The notes beneath the pieces were generated by a model. That model saw only the letters and a program-made list of their open reading frames with translations, made no database searches and was not told the origin of the DNA. From an uncultured candidate division Zixibacteria bacterium (GTDB lineage Bacteria > Zixibacteria > MSB-5A5 > GN15 > FEB-12), in contig CAWDXE010000003.1 in assembly GCA_963806185.1 (NCBI GenBank), forward strand, positions 64,001-128,000: a stretch of DNA of 64,000 nt, given 5' to 3'. Positions 39,073 to 49,297 of this stretch are shown piece by piece (the first letter of the stretch is position 1; every line of letters begins with the position of its first letter). A program made the position numbers and the translations under genes.

Positions 39073-40347
39073 ATGAAGAAACTCTTAATGATTGCGCTGG
39101 GGATCGTCCTGGCCATGAGCGTCGCCGCATTCGCGACCGACACACGAGTCCTCACTATGGGTGAGAACTACAATGTGCTTCTGGACGAATCCAACGTCTG
39201 GATGTACACTGGCCGCGTGTTCAACTATCCGAACCTGGCCACCGGTGAATTCTATCAGGACTACTACTATGATGACCCGTATGGCGACGGGTATCGCTAC
39301 GATTTCGGCCAATTTGGTATCAACTGGAAGTTCGGCGAAGCGAAGCCGTGGGTGCTGGGCACCTATTTCACTAATGGCAGCCCGGTTCTTCCGGGTTCCT
39401 ATTCTGGCGCTGGCCCGAATTATGTAGAATGGGACAGCGAGGGAGCACTTCCGGACAATCGTCGTATCAGCCTCCTGTACGGCCGCCAGTTCGGAACGTA
39501 CAACTTCGGTTTTGGTTTCGACTACACGTACAGCAGCTGGTCGGATGAAGCTTCGACCGACGCCACACTGGACTACAAGTATGACGAGAACTTCCGTTAC
39601 ATGATGTTCTCGCTCGGTCTGACCCCGGCCGCCGGCAATTGGGATCTGGCTGCGCACTTCGGTACCGGTACCTGGAAAGACGAAACCAGCTGGCATGACG
39701 ACGAAGCCGGTGCTGACTCTTTAAGGGTGGAAACCGAGCCGGATGGCTACATGGACTTTGCTTTGATGGGCCGCTATTTCAAGCAGCTTAACCCGACCGT
39801 CACGCTGGTCCCGCATGCGACCTTCGCGTTCGGCAAGCACGGTACCAAGAATCTGGCCGGCGAGAAGTACTCCAGTAAGATGACCATGATTGATTTCGGC
39901 GCCGGCATCAATTACACGCCGACGACCAACGTTCTGGCCGTGCTCGACCTGGGCTTCCAGATCAACACGGTAAAGGACGAGTTTACGCCGGGTCCGGATG
40001 GCGAAGTGACAGACGCGTATGAATACAAGTGGACCTACAACCACATGCCGTACTGGAAAATCGGTATGGAAGGCGAAGTCTGCAACTGGATGGACATCCG
40101 GTTGGGCGCCACTTCGTGGTGGGAAGGTTACAAGTCCGAGTACACTACGACCGGTTACGTCCGGACCTTCAAGGACAACGGCTCGTGGAACTACACGTAC
40201 CTTGGTGTCGGTCTAAACTTCGGCAAGTTCCATCTCGACACTTACACGGATCCGCAGATCATTCTCGACGGATTCAACTTCATGTCCGGCAGCGACGATG
40301 CGTGGGATCTGAACTTCCGCGTAAGCGCCCTGTACGAACTGATGTAA
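39073..40347 (+). CDS. Outer-membrane beta-barrel (porin-like) protein
   Basis: Signal peptide ending AFA, Tyr/Phe/Gly-rich amphipathic strands, strong terminator. Confidence 0.75.
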   Translation: MKKLLMIALGIVLAMSVAAFATDTRVLTMGENYNVLLDESNVWMYTGRVFNYPNLATGEFYQDYYYDDPYGDGYRYDFGQFGINWKFGEAKPWVLGTYFTNGSPVLPGSYSGAGPNYVEWDSEGALPDNRRISLLYGRQFGTYNFGFGFDYTYSSWSDEASTDATLDYKYDENFRYMMFSLGLTPAAGNWDLAAHFGTGTWKDETSWHDDEAGADSLRVETEPDGYMDFALMGRYFKQLNPTVTLVPHATFAFGKHGTKNLAGEKYSSKMTMIDFGAGINYTPTTNVLAVLDLGFQINTVKDEFTPGPDGEVTDAYEYKWTYNHMPYWKIGMEGEVCNWMDIRLGATSWWEGYKSEYTTTGYVRTFKDNGSWNYTYLGVGLNFGKFHLDTYTDPQIILDGFNFMSGSDDAWDLNFRVSALYELM

Positions 40348-40367
40348 TCTCAGATTGCTGACGAATC

Positions 40368-40397
40368 AACCCGGCCTCGCACGAGGCCGGGTTTTTT
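40368..40397 (+). terminator. Rho-independent terminator
   Basis: aacccggcctc-gcac-gaggccgggtt followed by a T-run. Confidence 0.9.
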
Positions 40398-40469
40398 ATT
40401 ATGACATAGGTTCTTTCTCGGCCTCGGCGGCGTTGTCTTTCGCGGGATTATCTCCTATACTCTCCCCCT

Positions 40470-40766
40470 ATGAATCCGCAATCGCTCAAGAGTTATCACG
40501 ATATCAGGAAACTCGTCTCCCCCGGGGCGTTTCGTTGTGCGACCAATTACATGGCCTGGCATAATCGACTGGCCATGACCGAAATGCTGGAGGTATGGGA
40601 GGGATTGGTAGTCGCACTCGCCTGCGAGCAGAAGCCCATTGACGAACTGCAGTATTCGTCAACCAAGTCGTTTCTCGATCAGAGTCGCAGCGATTCCCCC
40701 ACGACCATGCTCGAGTGCCAGATGCGCGCCGAGCTCTTGGCGCGGCACTTATCGACGGGCACATGA
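40470..40766 (+). CDS. Hypothetical protein, probably leaderless
   Basis: TTGTCT-17-TATACT ends 8 nt before ATG; hairpin directly after the stop. Confidence 0.6.
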   Translation: MNPQSLKSYHDIRKLVSPGAFRCATNYMAWHNRLAMTEMLEVWEGLVVALACEQKPIDELQYSSTKSFLDQSRSDSPTTMLECQMRAELLARHLSTGT

Positions 40767-40775
40767 CGACATACC

Positions 40776-40802
40776 AAAAAAGGCCGTCCAGGCGGACGGC
40801 CT
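40776..40802 (-). terminator. Terminator between convergent genes
   Basis: aggccgtcc-aggc-ggacggcct with T6 on the minus strand. Confidence 0.8.
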
Positions 40803-40826
40803 CAAAACTCTTCCCGGACAGTTGAA

Positions 40827-41273
40827 TCAGTTGAGGTTACGGGCAGCCAATTCCATGAGGAATTCGCCAATGGTCCTGGTGCCGGCGGCGTCTGGATATG
40901 AGACCATTTCGAGCGGGATCAAGTCAACAGCCGGACTGCCAGTTTCCAGCTCAATTTGCTTGCGGATAAGCTCTGCGATTCGTCGACCGGCCACCTCCGC
41001 TCCCTGACGAGAGGTTTCGGGAAAGAGCAGACCGACCGTGCCTTCCTCCAGGTTCGCCACAAAATCACAGGCCCGGGTATGGGTACGGACGAGTTCAACG
41101 AAGCGGCGGACGGCAGCAGTATACCCCCCGTTATACTTCGTCTGCAAGCCGCGCAAATCCAGTACAACGATGGATACAAAAACGCGATAGCGCTCAGCCC
41201 GCTTAAGTTCGATTCCAGCTCGGGCGACAAACGAGGTGTCTATGACAGTCCCCTGCGATCCCGTGTGTGCCAT
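40827..41273 (-). CDS. Stand-alone degenerate GGDEF-domain protein
   Basis: ELKRAERY..SIVVLDL..RACDFVANLEEGTVGLLFPET..GAEVAGRRI: GGDEF fold pattern with LEEGT at the active-site hairpin. Confidence 0.75.
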   Translation of the reverse strand: MAHTGSQGTVIDTSFVARAGIELKRAERYRVFVSIVVLDLRGLQTKYNGGYTAAVRRFVELVRTHTRACDFVANLEEGTVGLLFPETSRQGAEVAGRRIAELIRKQIELETGSPAVDLIPLEMVSYPDAAGTRTIGEFLMELAARNLN

Positions 41274-41328
41274 GCAACGTCAACCTTTCTGACCAATCCC
41301 TGGTCCCCGGATACTCTGTTGTCACTAG

Positions 41329-41346
41329 AAGCAATTCACGTTCCGG
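41329..41346 (-). promoter_or_regulatory. Putative sigma54 -24/-12 promoter
   Basis: CCGGAACGTGAATTGCTT = GG-N10-GC, ~55 nt upstream of ATG 41273. Confidence 0.65.
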
Positions 41347-41495
41347 TTTAGCGCCAAGTTATTGTCCCGGAATAGTTTTCCTCAATTCCCGCGATTGTCT
41401 AACCAAATTTGAAGTTTAAAGCCATGTTATCAACATTAAAATGCTGGTGAGGCTCTCGTATGATTGATACGAAGATAATCGTGGAACGAACCAGT

Positions 41496-41530
41496 CGCAT
41501 ACGTCTGCGCAATAATTGCACAGCTATGCG
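41496..41530. promoter_or_regulatory. Candidate enhancer (UAS) palindrome
   Basis: cgcata..GCGCAATAATTGCAC..tatgcg inverted repeat ~190 bp upstream of the predicted start site. Confidence 0.45.
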
Positions 41531-41566
41531 TGCATTCGCGTGCTTACTGGAGCACTTCCGAAATGG

Positions 41567-43015
41567 CTACTTCGTGACGTTCAGGTTGTAGTCTTTGATC
41601 TTGTACAGCAGAGACCGATAGCTGATCTGCAGAATGTCGGCAGCCTTGCGTCGGTTCCAGTTGGTCCGAGCGAGCACTTCGGCGATGAGACGTTTCTCCT
41701 CGCTTGCGATCGTCTTGCCCACTCGATTCTTAAGAGAAAGATCTCCGCCGGAAGCCTGTGCGCCGTCGTCATCGCCGATGCTGACCATCGCGGGCACATA
41801 CGCGCCAGTGGGGTCCATAGCGGTCGCAGGAGTGTATCTTGGGGTAGTGGACGCCGCTGTGATGAGCTCCCCGATAATGAGTTCGTCCCCGCGCACAACG
41901 ACCTGCTTAATCATGTTTTCGAGCTGCCGGACGTTGCCAGGCCAGTGGAAATTCATGAGTTTGCCTATCGTATCAGGACGAAGGGCAGCGGTTTCTTTTT
42001 CGTAGAGCTTGTTGTACTTAGCGATAAAATGCTCGACCAGGAGCGGGACGTCTTCCGGCCTCTGGCGTAACGGGGGCAGGAAGAGGGTAATTTCGTTTAG
42101 ACGATAAAACAGATCGTCGCGAAAACCGCCACTTTGAATTGCCTGCTCCAGATTCCGGTTGGTCGCGCAGATGATGCGGACGTCGACGTGGATCGTCTGG
42201 ATTCCACCGACCCGGACAAACTCTTGTTGTTCAAGAACTTGGAGGAGTTTCGACTGAAGTTCCATCGGCATGTCGCCGATTTCGTCGAGGAACATCGTTC
42301 CCTTGTTGGCGACCTCGAATCTCCCCTGTTTGTTCTTATGCGCGCCGGTGAAAGCACCCTTTTCGTAGCCGAACAACTCGGCCTCGAGAAGGTCGCGCGG
42401 GATAGCAGCGCAGTTCACTTTGACGAAAGGCTGAGCACTTCGAGTGGAAAGCTGGTGAAGCGACCGAGCGGCAATCTCCTTACCGGTTCCCGATTCGCCG
42501 CGAATCAGGACGGTGAGTTCCGAGTTGGCCACTTGTTCGATGATCGCTTTGACCCGACGCATCAACTCCGAGTCACCAATGAAGGCGCTGTAGTTATTTC
42601 GAATTTGAAGCTCGGATTTGAGTTCGGCGACTTCTTTTTTCAGGCGGGTGCGATCGAGCACACCATTGATGTGAATCTCAACTTCGCGAACATCAAAGGG
42701 TTTGTCGATGAATTCGGCAGCACCGAGACGCATGGACTCGACCACAAACTTGGTGTCACCATGACCGGAGATCATGATTACTTCCGGCCGACCTTCCATC
42801 TTATTAAGCTTTTCCAGCACTTCGAGTCCGGTCATCCCGGGCATTTTCACATCCAGCAGAATCAGATCGGGTTTTTCGGTGGAGACGAGCTGAATACCCT
42901 CAATACCGTCGCGTGCGGAGACAAATTCAAACGAGGAACTGAGTCCCTCGGAGAGAATCCAAGAGACCTTAGGATCGTCATCAATTACTAGAATCTTGGT
43001 TTTTTCTTTTGCCAT
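41567..43015 (-). CDS. NtrC-family sigma54-dependent response regulator
   Basis: REC (IDDD, LLDVKMP), GESGTGKE, GAFTGA, FLDEIGD, WPGNVRQL, Fis-type HTH. Confidence 0.96.
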   Translation of the reverse strand: MAKEKTKILVIDDDPKVSWILSEGLSSSFEFVSARDGIEGIQLVSTEKPDLILLDVKMPGMTGLEVLEKLNKMEGRPEVIMISGHGDTKFVVESMRLGAAEFIDKPFDVREVEIHINGVLDRTRLKKEVAELKSELQIRNNYSAFIGDSELMRRVKAIIEQVANSELTVLIRGESGTGKEIAARSLHQLSTRSAQPFVKVNCAAIPRDLLEAELFGYEKGAFTGAHKNKQGRFEVANKGTMFLDEIGDMPMELQSKLLQVLEQQEFVRVGGIQTIHVDVRIICATNRNLEQAIQSGGFRDDLFYRLNEITLFLPPLRQRPEDVPLLVEHFIAKYNKLYEKETAALRPDTIGKLMNFHWPGNVRQLENMIKQVVVRGDELIIGELITAASTTPRYTPATAMDPTGAYVPAMVSIGDDDGAQASGGDLSLKNRVGKTIASEEKRLIAEVLARTNWNRRKAADILQISYRSLLYKIKDYNLNVTK

Positions 43016-43156
43016 ACACCCGCCGATAATACCAGACAATGCTGAGAGATTTCACACAAAGTATCGGCAGTTGCACAGAGAAATCAAGTATAATATTTGT
43101 GCAAAGGGCGAACGGGTCGCAAAAGTGTGCATGGCAGAGAGAGGAGAATTGGCGAC

Positions 43157-45292
43157 TCAAGCGTGAATCGGAAGGTAGACAGTGAAGATAGTGCCTTTGC
43201 CTTCGACTGAAGTAACCTGCAGCGTGCCGGTGTGAGCGGAAATGATCCGTTCGACCACCACCAACCCCAGGCCCGTGCCAGTTTCCTTCGTAGTGTAGTA
43301 CCGCTCGAAAATGCGGGAGAGATCTTCCTTCTTGATGCCGCAACCGGTGTCGATCACCTTGACTGCCAGGTAATCCGTTTTCTTGTGCTCCGGGCGTTCG
43401 ATAAGTCCTTGGATGGTCAAGGTACCGCCATTGGGCATGGCATCAATGGCATTTAGACACAGGTTGAGAAAGACCTCAAGCAACTGGTTCTTGTTGGCAA
43501 TGACTTCCCAGTTGGTTTCAGCGAATTCACTGTGAAAGGCAATCTGGTGGCGGCGCAGTTCCGGGGCCACCAGTTCGGCGGCACGGCCGACGATAGTGCG
43601 CAGGTCGAGTTTTGACGTTTCGTATTTGTTCGGGTTGGAGAAGTCGACCAGTTCGCGCACAAGTTCGTTCATGCGGTGGATTTCTTCTTCCATGCTGGAG
43701 AAAAACTGGGAGCCACCCATCAAATCGGGGTGGCGCTCCTGAAGAATTTGTAATCCGCCTCGGATGGAGGTGAGAGGCTTTCGCAGGTCGTGAGAGATCT
43801 CAGATATCATGTTTCCCATGGTGATCAGGCGGGTGGCGTTGAGCATCGCCTTCTCCTTCTCGAACAAGAGAGCTGCCTGGGAGATCACCAGTTTGGCCAG
43901 CGAGAAGTCATCCTCCGAATAGGCGCGATCGAGGTCAGCCCCCAGGTAGTACAAGTACGCGAGTTCGCCGTTGCGCAGTACGGGAATTGCCATGAAGGCC
44001 TCTTTTGGCTTCGGGTAGTGCGGATTCTGAGCCAGCTTCTCTCCCATCAATAGCGACAGCTGGGTGATATCGTCGAGGTTGAAGGTAGACAGGTCCACCT
44101 CGGGGAAGGAGATGAAATGCCGGGGCATTTTGGCCAGGTTGATGCGGCCGCTGTCGGTCAACGGCAGGTCAGTTTGGCCGACCGCACCCTCGGGAACCAG
44201 TAGTTGATTGGCGGGGTCGTAGCTGAACCAGAAGGCGTAATCGATGGGGAAAATCCGCTTGAGCTTTGAGATCAGGGCCTGACGGAATTGGAGCAACGAA
44301 TCGAAAGTCGGCAGTTCGGAAGCGATCTCGTGCAGGATTTCGAATTCGACAAGTCGCCGGCGGGATTTTTCAAACTGCCAGGCATCATCCACGGCCACAG
44401 CCGCCTGCGAGGCAAAGGTGGTCAGCAGACGAAGGTCGTTACTGGTGAAAGCCCCTCCCTCCTGCTTGTTGGCCATATTGATGACACCGAGAATATCGTT
44501 TTTGATACGCAGGGGCGTGCACAAGAGAGAGGCGGCGCCGTACTTTTCGTTATTGATGCGCTTGAACCGCGGCTCATTCTCGACGTCGGCGACGATCATC
44601 GCCTCACCGGTTTTAGCGACGAATCCGGCGATGGAAGCACCGATGGGGAGGCGGGTCTTGCGAACCACATCATCGTCGAGACCAATGGCGGCTTCGATGG
44701 TAAGATACTGCTTTCGTTCGTCGAGCAGCATAATGGAACCGACCCGGGCCTCGGTGACGGCAGCGGCTAAGATGACAATCTGGCGAAGGAGTTCGCTGAG
44801 ATTGGCGGAGGAGCCGATGGACTTGCCGGCCTCGTAGAGAGCATTCAGTTCGCCGATTCGCCGCTGGAGTATCAGATTCGACAGTTTGAGTTCCTCGAGC
44901 AATGCCAGACGGGATAATTCGGCGCGCCGTTTTTCGAGGGCACGGCGGACTGACAGCTCCAGATAGGTGAACTCGACCGGTTTGAGCAGATAGTCGTACG
45001 CACCCTGGGCTATGGCGTCGAGGGCGGTATTGAGCGACGCGTAGCCGGTCATAAGAATGACCGGAATTCCCTCGTCGATCTCCTTTACGATCTTGAGAAT
45101 CTCTAGTCCGTCGAGGCCGGCCATCTTGATATCGGAAATGACCAGATCGATCTTTTCGCGTCGGATGGCTTCAACGGCGTCCTTGGGGGACTGAAAGCTG
45201 GACACGCGATACCCGTCGCCGTGGAGCAGAGCCTCCAAGGAGTCACACATTCGCTTTTCGTCGTCAATGACTATGATCTTCTCAGACGACAT
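43157..45292 (-). CDS. REC-GAF-GAF-histidine kinase
   Basis: N-terminal REC (IDDE, SDIKM), GAF, EISHDLRKP, NAIDAM, DTGCGI, GTGLGL. Confidence 0.92.
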   Translation of the reverse strand: MSSEKIIVIDDEKRMCDSLEALLHGDGYRVSSFQSPKDAVEAIRREKIDLVISDIKMAGLDGLEILKIVKEIDEGIPVILMTGYASLNTALDAIAQGAYDYLLKPVEFTYLELSVRRALEKRRAELSRLALLEELKLSNLILQRRIGELNALYEAGKSIGSSANLSELLRQIVILAAAVTEARVGSIMLLDERKQYLTIEAAIGLDDDVVRKTRLPIGASIAGFVAKTGEAMIVADVENEPRFKRINNEKYGAASLLCTPLRIKNDILGVINMANKQEGGAFTSNDLRLLTTFASQAAVAVDDAWQFEKSRRRLVEFEILHEIASELPTFDSLLQFRQALISKLKRIFPIDYAFWFSYDPANQLLVPEGAVGQTDLPLTDSGRINLAKMPRHFISFPEVDLSTFNLDDITQLSLLMGEKLAQNPHYPKPKEAFMAIPVLRNGELAYLYYLGADLDRAYSEDDFSLAKLVISQAALLFEKEKAMLNATRLITMGNMISEISHDLRKPLTSIRGGLQILQERHPDLMGGSQFFSSMEEEIHRMNELVRELVDFSNPNKYETSKLDLRTIVGRAAELVAPELRRHQIAFHSEFAETNWEVIANKNQLLEVFLNLCLNAIDAMPNGGTLTIQGLIERPEHKKTDYLAVKVIDTGCGIKKEDLSRIFERYYTTKETGTGLGLVVVERIISAHTGTLQVTSVEGKGTIFTVYLPIHA

Positions 45293-46697
45293 GCTCGTCG
45301 GCTCCTTTGACTTCGCCCAGCGGGAGTCGGATGATGAAGCACCCCCCTTTGTCCAGGTTTCTGAATTCTATCGACCCATTATGTGCTTTTATTATGCCGT
45401 AGCATACGGAAAGTCCGAGCCCAGTGCCCTCGCCCGGTTCCTTGGTGGTGAAGAACGGTTCGAAAATGCGCGGAATGATCTCGGCCGGAATGCCGGGCCC
45501 GGAATCGCAGCAGCGGGTGACGACCTCGTGTTCAGACACGGTCGTGGTCACGGTAAGCTTGCCGCCCGTCTTCATAGCATCGCGAGCGTTGATGATCAGG
45601 TTGAGAAACACCTGCTTCAGGTTTTCCGACGAGCCTATGATGATCGGGTTCCGGGCGTCGAGGTGGGTTTCCACTTTGATGTCATGAGAAGCAAGCTGGC
45701 GGTCGACCAGACCGAGGACGTCGCTAATAACATGATTCAGATTCACCGGCTCAAGCGTGGCCTCGCCGGGGCGATGGAATTCGAGGAGTTGGCGGACGAT
45801 GCGGGCGATGCGGTCGATTTCATCACCGACGATGCCAAGGTACTTTTCGGACAGTTCGTGCCCGCCGGCCTCGCGTTTGGTAAGCAGGACGTAGTTCTTG
45901 ATGATGCCGAGCGGGTTGTTGACCTCATGGGCGATTTTGGCGGACATCTCCCCGAGGGCCGCGAGTTTCTCGGTCTGCAGCAGCAGTTGCTGTGCGGACC
46001 GGAGTTCCTGAGTGGCGCGCCGTTCGCCCTCGTATAGGCGGGCGTTTTCGATCGCAACGGCGATCTGGTTGCCGAGGATGGAAAGGAATTCGATATCGTC
46101 GTTGGTGAATGGAGCGTCGGACAGCTTGCCCGACATCAGAAAGACGCCCGACAGACGGGTCTGGTAAATGAGCGGCACGACGATTCCATTCGGGAACTGC
46201 AACAGCAAGGCACTTTCTTCGTCATCGGCAACCTCACGCAGAAGATCGTCCACCACCACCGGGCGATTGAGTTTTGCCAGGTATTGCATGAGGCGGGTTT
46301 CGAGAACGAAACAGGAGGTCGCGTGCGGCGGTTCGCCGGAGCCTTTGAACTTGGCCAGGTCGAAGCGATGGGAGGCGCTGTCGTGCTTGAGAAAGATAGC
46401 GCCTCGGGTGGCGGCTACTTGTCCCAGACAAGTGAAAATGAAAGTGTCCACCAGCATGTGGTAGTCGAGCACGGCATTGAAGTTGCGGCTGATCTCGAAG
46501 ACGGTGTAAAGGTCGAAGATCTTACGCTTGAGCTGGCGGTTGGCGTCACTCAGAAGCTGGAGCTTTTCTTCGAGCTGGCGACGGAGTGCAACGACCGATT
46601 CGGTACGAGGAATCCGCGGCTTGGACGCGGAATTTCGCGCAGCCCGGAGAGTCTTAGCGGTCGTCTTCTTTCGTTCGGCTTTCGGTTTCATTTCCAA
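45282..46697 (-). CDS. Cytoplasmic GAF-histidine kinase
   Basis: GAF ending AIENARLY, IAHEVNNP, NARDAM, DSGPGI, FFTTK, GTGLGL. Confidence 0.92.
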   Translation of the reverse strand: MEMKPKAERKKTTAKTLRAARNSASKPRIPRTESVVALRRQLEEKLQLLSDANRQLKRKIFDLYTVFEISRNFNAVLDYHMLVDTFIFTCLGQVAATRGAIFLKHDSASHRFDLAKFKGSGEPPHATSCFVLETRLMQYLAKLNRPVVVDDLLREVADDEESALLLQFPNGIVVPLIYQTRLSGVFLMSGKLSDAPFTNDDIEFLSILGNQIAVAIENARLYEGERRATQELRSAQQLLLQTEKLAALGEMSAKIAHEVNNPLGIIKNYVLLTKREAGGHELSEKYLGIVGDEIDRIARIVRQLLEFHRPGEATLEPVNLNHVISDVLGLVDRQLASHDIKVETHLDARNPIIIGSSENLKQVFLNLIINARDAMKTGGKLTVTTTVSEHEVVTRCCDSGPGIPAEIIPRIFEPFFTTKEPGEGTGLGLSVCYGIIKAHNGSIEFRNLDKGGCFIIRLPLGEVKGADEHVV

Positions 46698-47964
46698 ACG
46701 TATGATTCAAGGAATTCGCCGACCAAGTAGTGTGAGCCTATCACTGGTAGTATATCGTCCGGGCCGAGCGATTTCAACAGCTTCCGATAGGCGGCGCCGA
46801 GCGAGGCGGCCCCAGTGACGGGGACACCATGCCAATGAGTGGTGGCAATGACCTCGCTGGGCTCGACAGACCGCTTGGTTTTCATGCGAACAAGGGTGTA
46901 ACTTGCGGCAATTGGCGCCAGGGCATCAAACATTTCCTGGTGCTGCTTCTTCTTTACCACGCCGACGATCAGGGGGACTTTTCGTCCCGGATATTTGAGC
47001 CTAAAGCTCTCGGTGAAGGCGCGCGCGCCGCCCTGATTGTGGCAGACGTCGAGGAGCAGTGTGGGACCTTGCTTCACGTTTATTATCTGAAAACGGCCGG
47101 GCCAATCAGTGGACTTTAGACCTGTACATACGGCCCGATCGGGCACGCGCAGACCGAGCGACTTGCACAGCGAGAGTGTTTTGAGGGCCAGAGCCGTGTT
47201 GACCAACTGGTGGCGGCCGATCAGAGCGGGTGAGAGTCTCTTTACCGACAGATTTCCGGATGAGAAATCGAGCGCGAACTGCTCGGGGTACGTTTTGAAT
47301 TGTCTGCGCGAGAGACGATGCAGCGGCGCTTGGCGCGCCTTGCACGTTTGGCGCATAACTCTCTCCGCGTCACCGGGCAACAGGCCGATCAGGTGCGGCA
47401 CCCCAGGCTTGATGATACCGGCCTTCTCCGTGGCGATTTTGGTGAGTGTATCGCCCAGAATGTCGACATGATCAAAACTAATGTCAGTGCAGACTGTGAG
47501 GAGCGGCGTGAGGACGTTGGTAGCGTCGAGTCTCCCCCCCAGGCCCACCTCGATGATGGCAATCTCCACACCCTGACGGGCGAAATGATCGAAGGCGAGG
47601 GCGGTGACTACTTCAAAAAAGGTGACTTTTTTTTTACCAGTATCGTGCGATACCGGTCGACAAAACGAGCAACTGATAGTCGGGGAATCTTCTGGCCGTT
47701 GACCTTGATTCGCTCCCGGAAATCAACCAAGTGAGGAGAGGTATACAATCCGGTCTTGTAGCCGGCGGCGCGAAGGACTGACTCGATCATGGCGGAAGTG
47801 GACCCTTTGCCATTGGTGCCGGAAATATGGATAGCGGCGAAGCGGCGCTGGGGTGCGCCCATCGAATCGAGGAACTGGGCAATATTATCCAGTCCCAGTT
47901 TCATGCCGAAGAACTCGCGCGACAAGAGGAAGTGCTCCGCGCGCTTGTAGGTGTGGCGGCGCAC
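46688..47964 (-). CDS. folC: Folylpolyglutamate synthase/dihydrofolate synthase, frameshift at A9 run (47627-47635)
   Basis: GTNGKGS, YTSPHL; -1 frame continues VTFFEVVTALAF..EVGLGGRLDATNV, WPGR, DVCHN; GTG start overlaps the accD stop. Confidence 0.93.
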
Positions 47965-48806
47965 TATGACCTCCACGTGTACCGCAACAGGCGGGCAATG
48001 GTCTCGCGCAGGTCCTTGCGTTCGACAATTTTGTCGAGGAATCCTTTGTCGATGAAAAATTCGGAAGACTGGAAGCCCTCGGGAAGTTCCTGACCGATGG
48101 TTTGCTGGATGACGCGCGGTCCGGCGAAGCCCAGGAGTGCTTTCGGTTCCGCGATGATGACATCACCAAGCGAGGCGTAGGAGGCCATGACGCCGGCGGT
48201 GGTCGGGTTGGTCAGGACCGAGACATACGGAATCTTGCGTTCCGCAAGGATGGCGAGCAGGCCGGAGGTTTTGGCCATCTGCATCAGGGAGAGAATGCCC
48301 TCCTGCATGCGGGCGCCGCCCGAACAGGAGACGATGACGAGAGGGCAGCGGTGTTGAATAGCGCGCTCAATAGTCCGGGCCACTTTTTCGCCCACTACTG
48401 AGCCCATGGAGCCGCCGATAAACGCAAAATCCATGATGCAGAAGGAGACGGCGATGCCATCGATTTTGCCAAGTCCGGTGATCAGGCCCTCGGTGCCATC
48501 CGATTTCTCATTGGCCGCTTTGAGTCGGTCGGGATACCGCTTGGAGTCTTTGAATTTGAGCGGGTCGCCGGAACGAAGGGTGTTATCGAATTCGTCGATA
48601 TGACCGTCGTCAAGAATGATATCTATGTACTTCCGGCTGGAGATGCGGAAGTGGTAATTGCAGCTTGGGCAAACCCAGAGCAGGTCTTCCAGTTTCTTGG
48701 TGTAGATAATTTCTCCACAGGAAGAGCACTTGGTCCACAGCCCTTCGGGGATGTTCTTCTTCTCTTGTGACTGGAGGCCGGTCTTGGCCTTGCGAAACCA
48801 TTCCAT
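47964..48806 (-). CDS. accD: Acetyl-CoA carboxylase carboxyltransferase beta subunit
   Basis: GLWTKC..C zinc finger, FIGGSMGSVVGEK, SGGARMQEG, FAGPRVI. Confidence 0.97.
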   Translation of the reverse strand: MEWFRKAKTGLQSQEKKNIPEGLWTKCSSCGEIIYTKKLEDLLWVCPSCNYHFRISSRKYIDIILDDGHIDEFDNTLRSGDPLKFKDSKRYPDRLKAANEKSDGTEGLITGLGKIDGIAVSFCIMDFAFIGGSMGSVVGEKVARTIERAIQHRCPLVIVSCSGGARMQEGILSLMQMAKTSGLLAILAERKIPYVSVLTNPTTAGVMASYASLGDVIIAEPKALLGFAGPRVIQQTIGQELPEGFQSSEFFIDKGFLDKIVERKDLRETIARLLRYTWRS

Positions 48807-48808
48807 AT

Positions 48809-49297
48809 TCAGTTTTCCCGGTGCAGGGGTTCAAAGTATCGAACCATCACCAGCGCGTCCTCTGCCGGCTCTTCGTAATAGTGTGGCCGGGTATATAGTG
48901 TCCTGAAGCCGGATCGCTCATAGAACGCCCGCGCAGCGTAGTTAGACTGCCGGACTTCCAGGATTATCATCGTGCACCCGTGTCGGGTTACGAGCTGTAA
49001 GATACGGTCAAGCAGTTGCTGCGCAACACTTTTTCTCCGATAATCGGGGTGGACGGCGATGTTGGCAAGGTGTGTTTCGCCGGCAGCCGTCATAAAACAG
49101 GCATAACCGACAATATTGTTATCACACTCCGCCACAAGAGATTGCCACATCTCCCCGCTCAGGACGTCGGTGAAAGCTGACATCGGCCACGGATCGGGGA
49201 AAATAGATCGTTCGAGCTGCATGACGGCAGGTAGATCGGCCTCGGTCATGGCTCGAAGCGCGACCGAAAACTCATTTGGTTTGCCGGCGTCGTTCAA
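48809..49297 (-). CDS. rimI: Ribosomal-protein alanine N-acetyltransferase
   Basis: NIAVHPDYRRK, LEVRQSN..ARAFY, EDALVM; adjacent to tsaB. Confidence 0.9.
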   Translation of the reverse strand: MNDAGKPNEFSVALRAMTEADLPAVMQLERSIFPDPWPMSAFTDVLSGEMWQSLVAECDNNIVGYACFMTAAGETHLANIAVHPDYRRKSVAQQLLDRILQLVTRHGCTMIILEVRQSNYAARAFYERSGFRTLYTRPHYYEEPAEDALVMVRYFEPLHREN

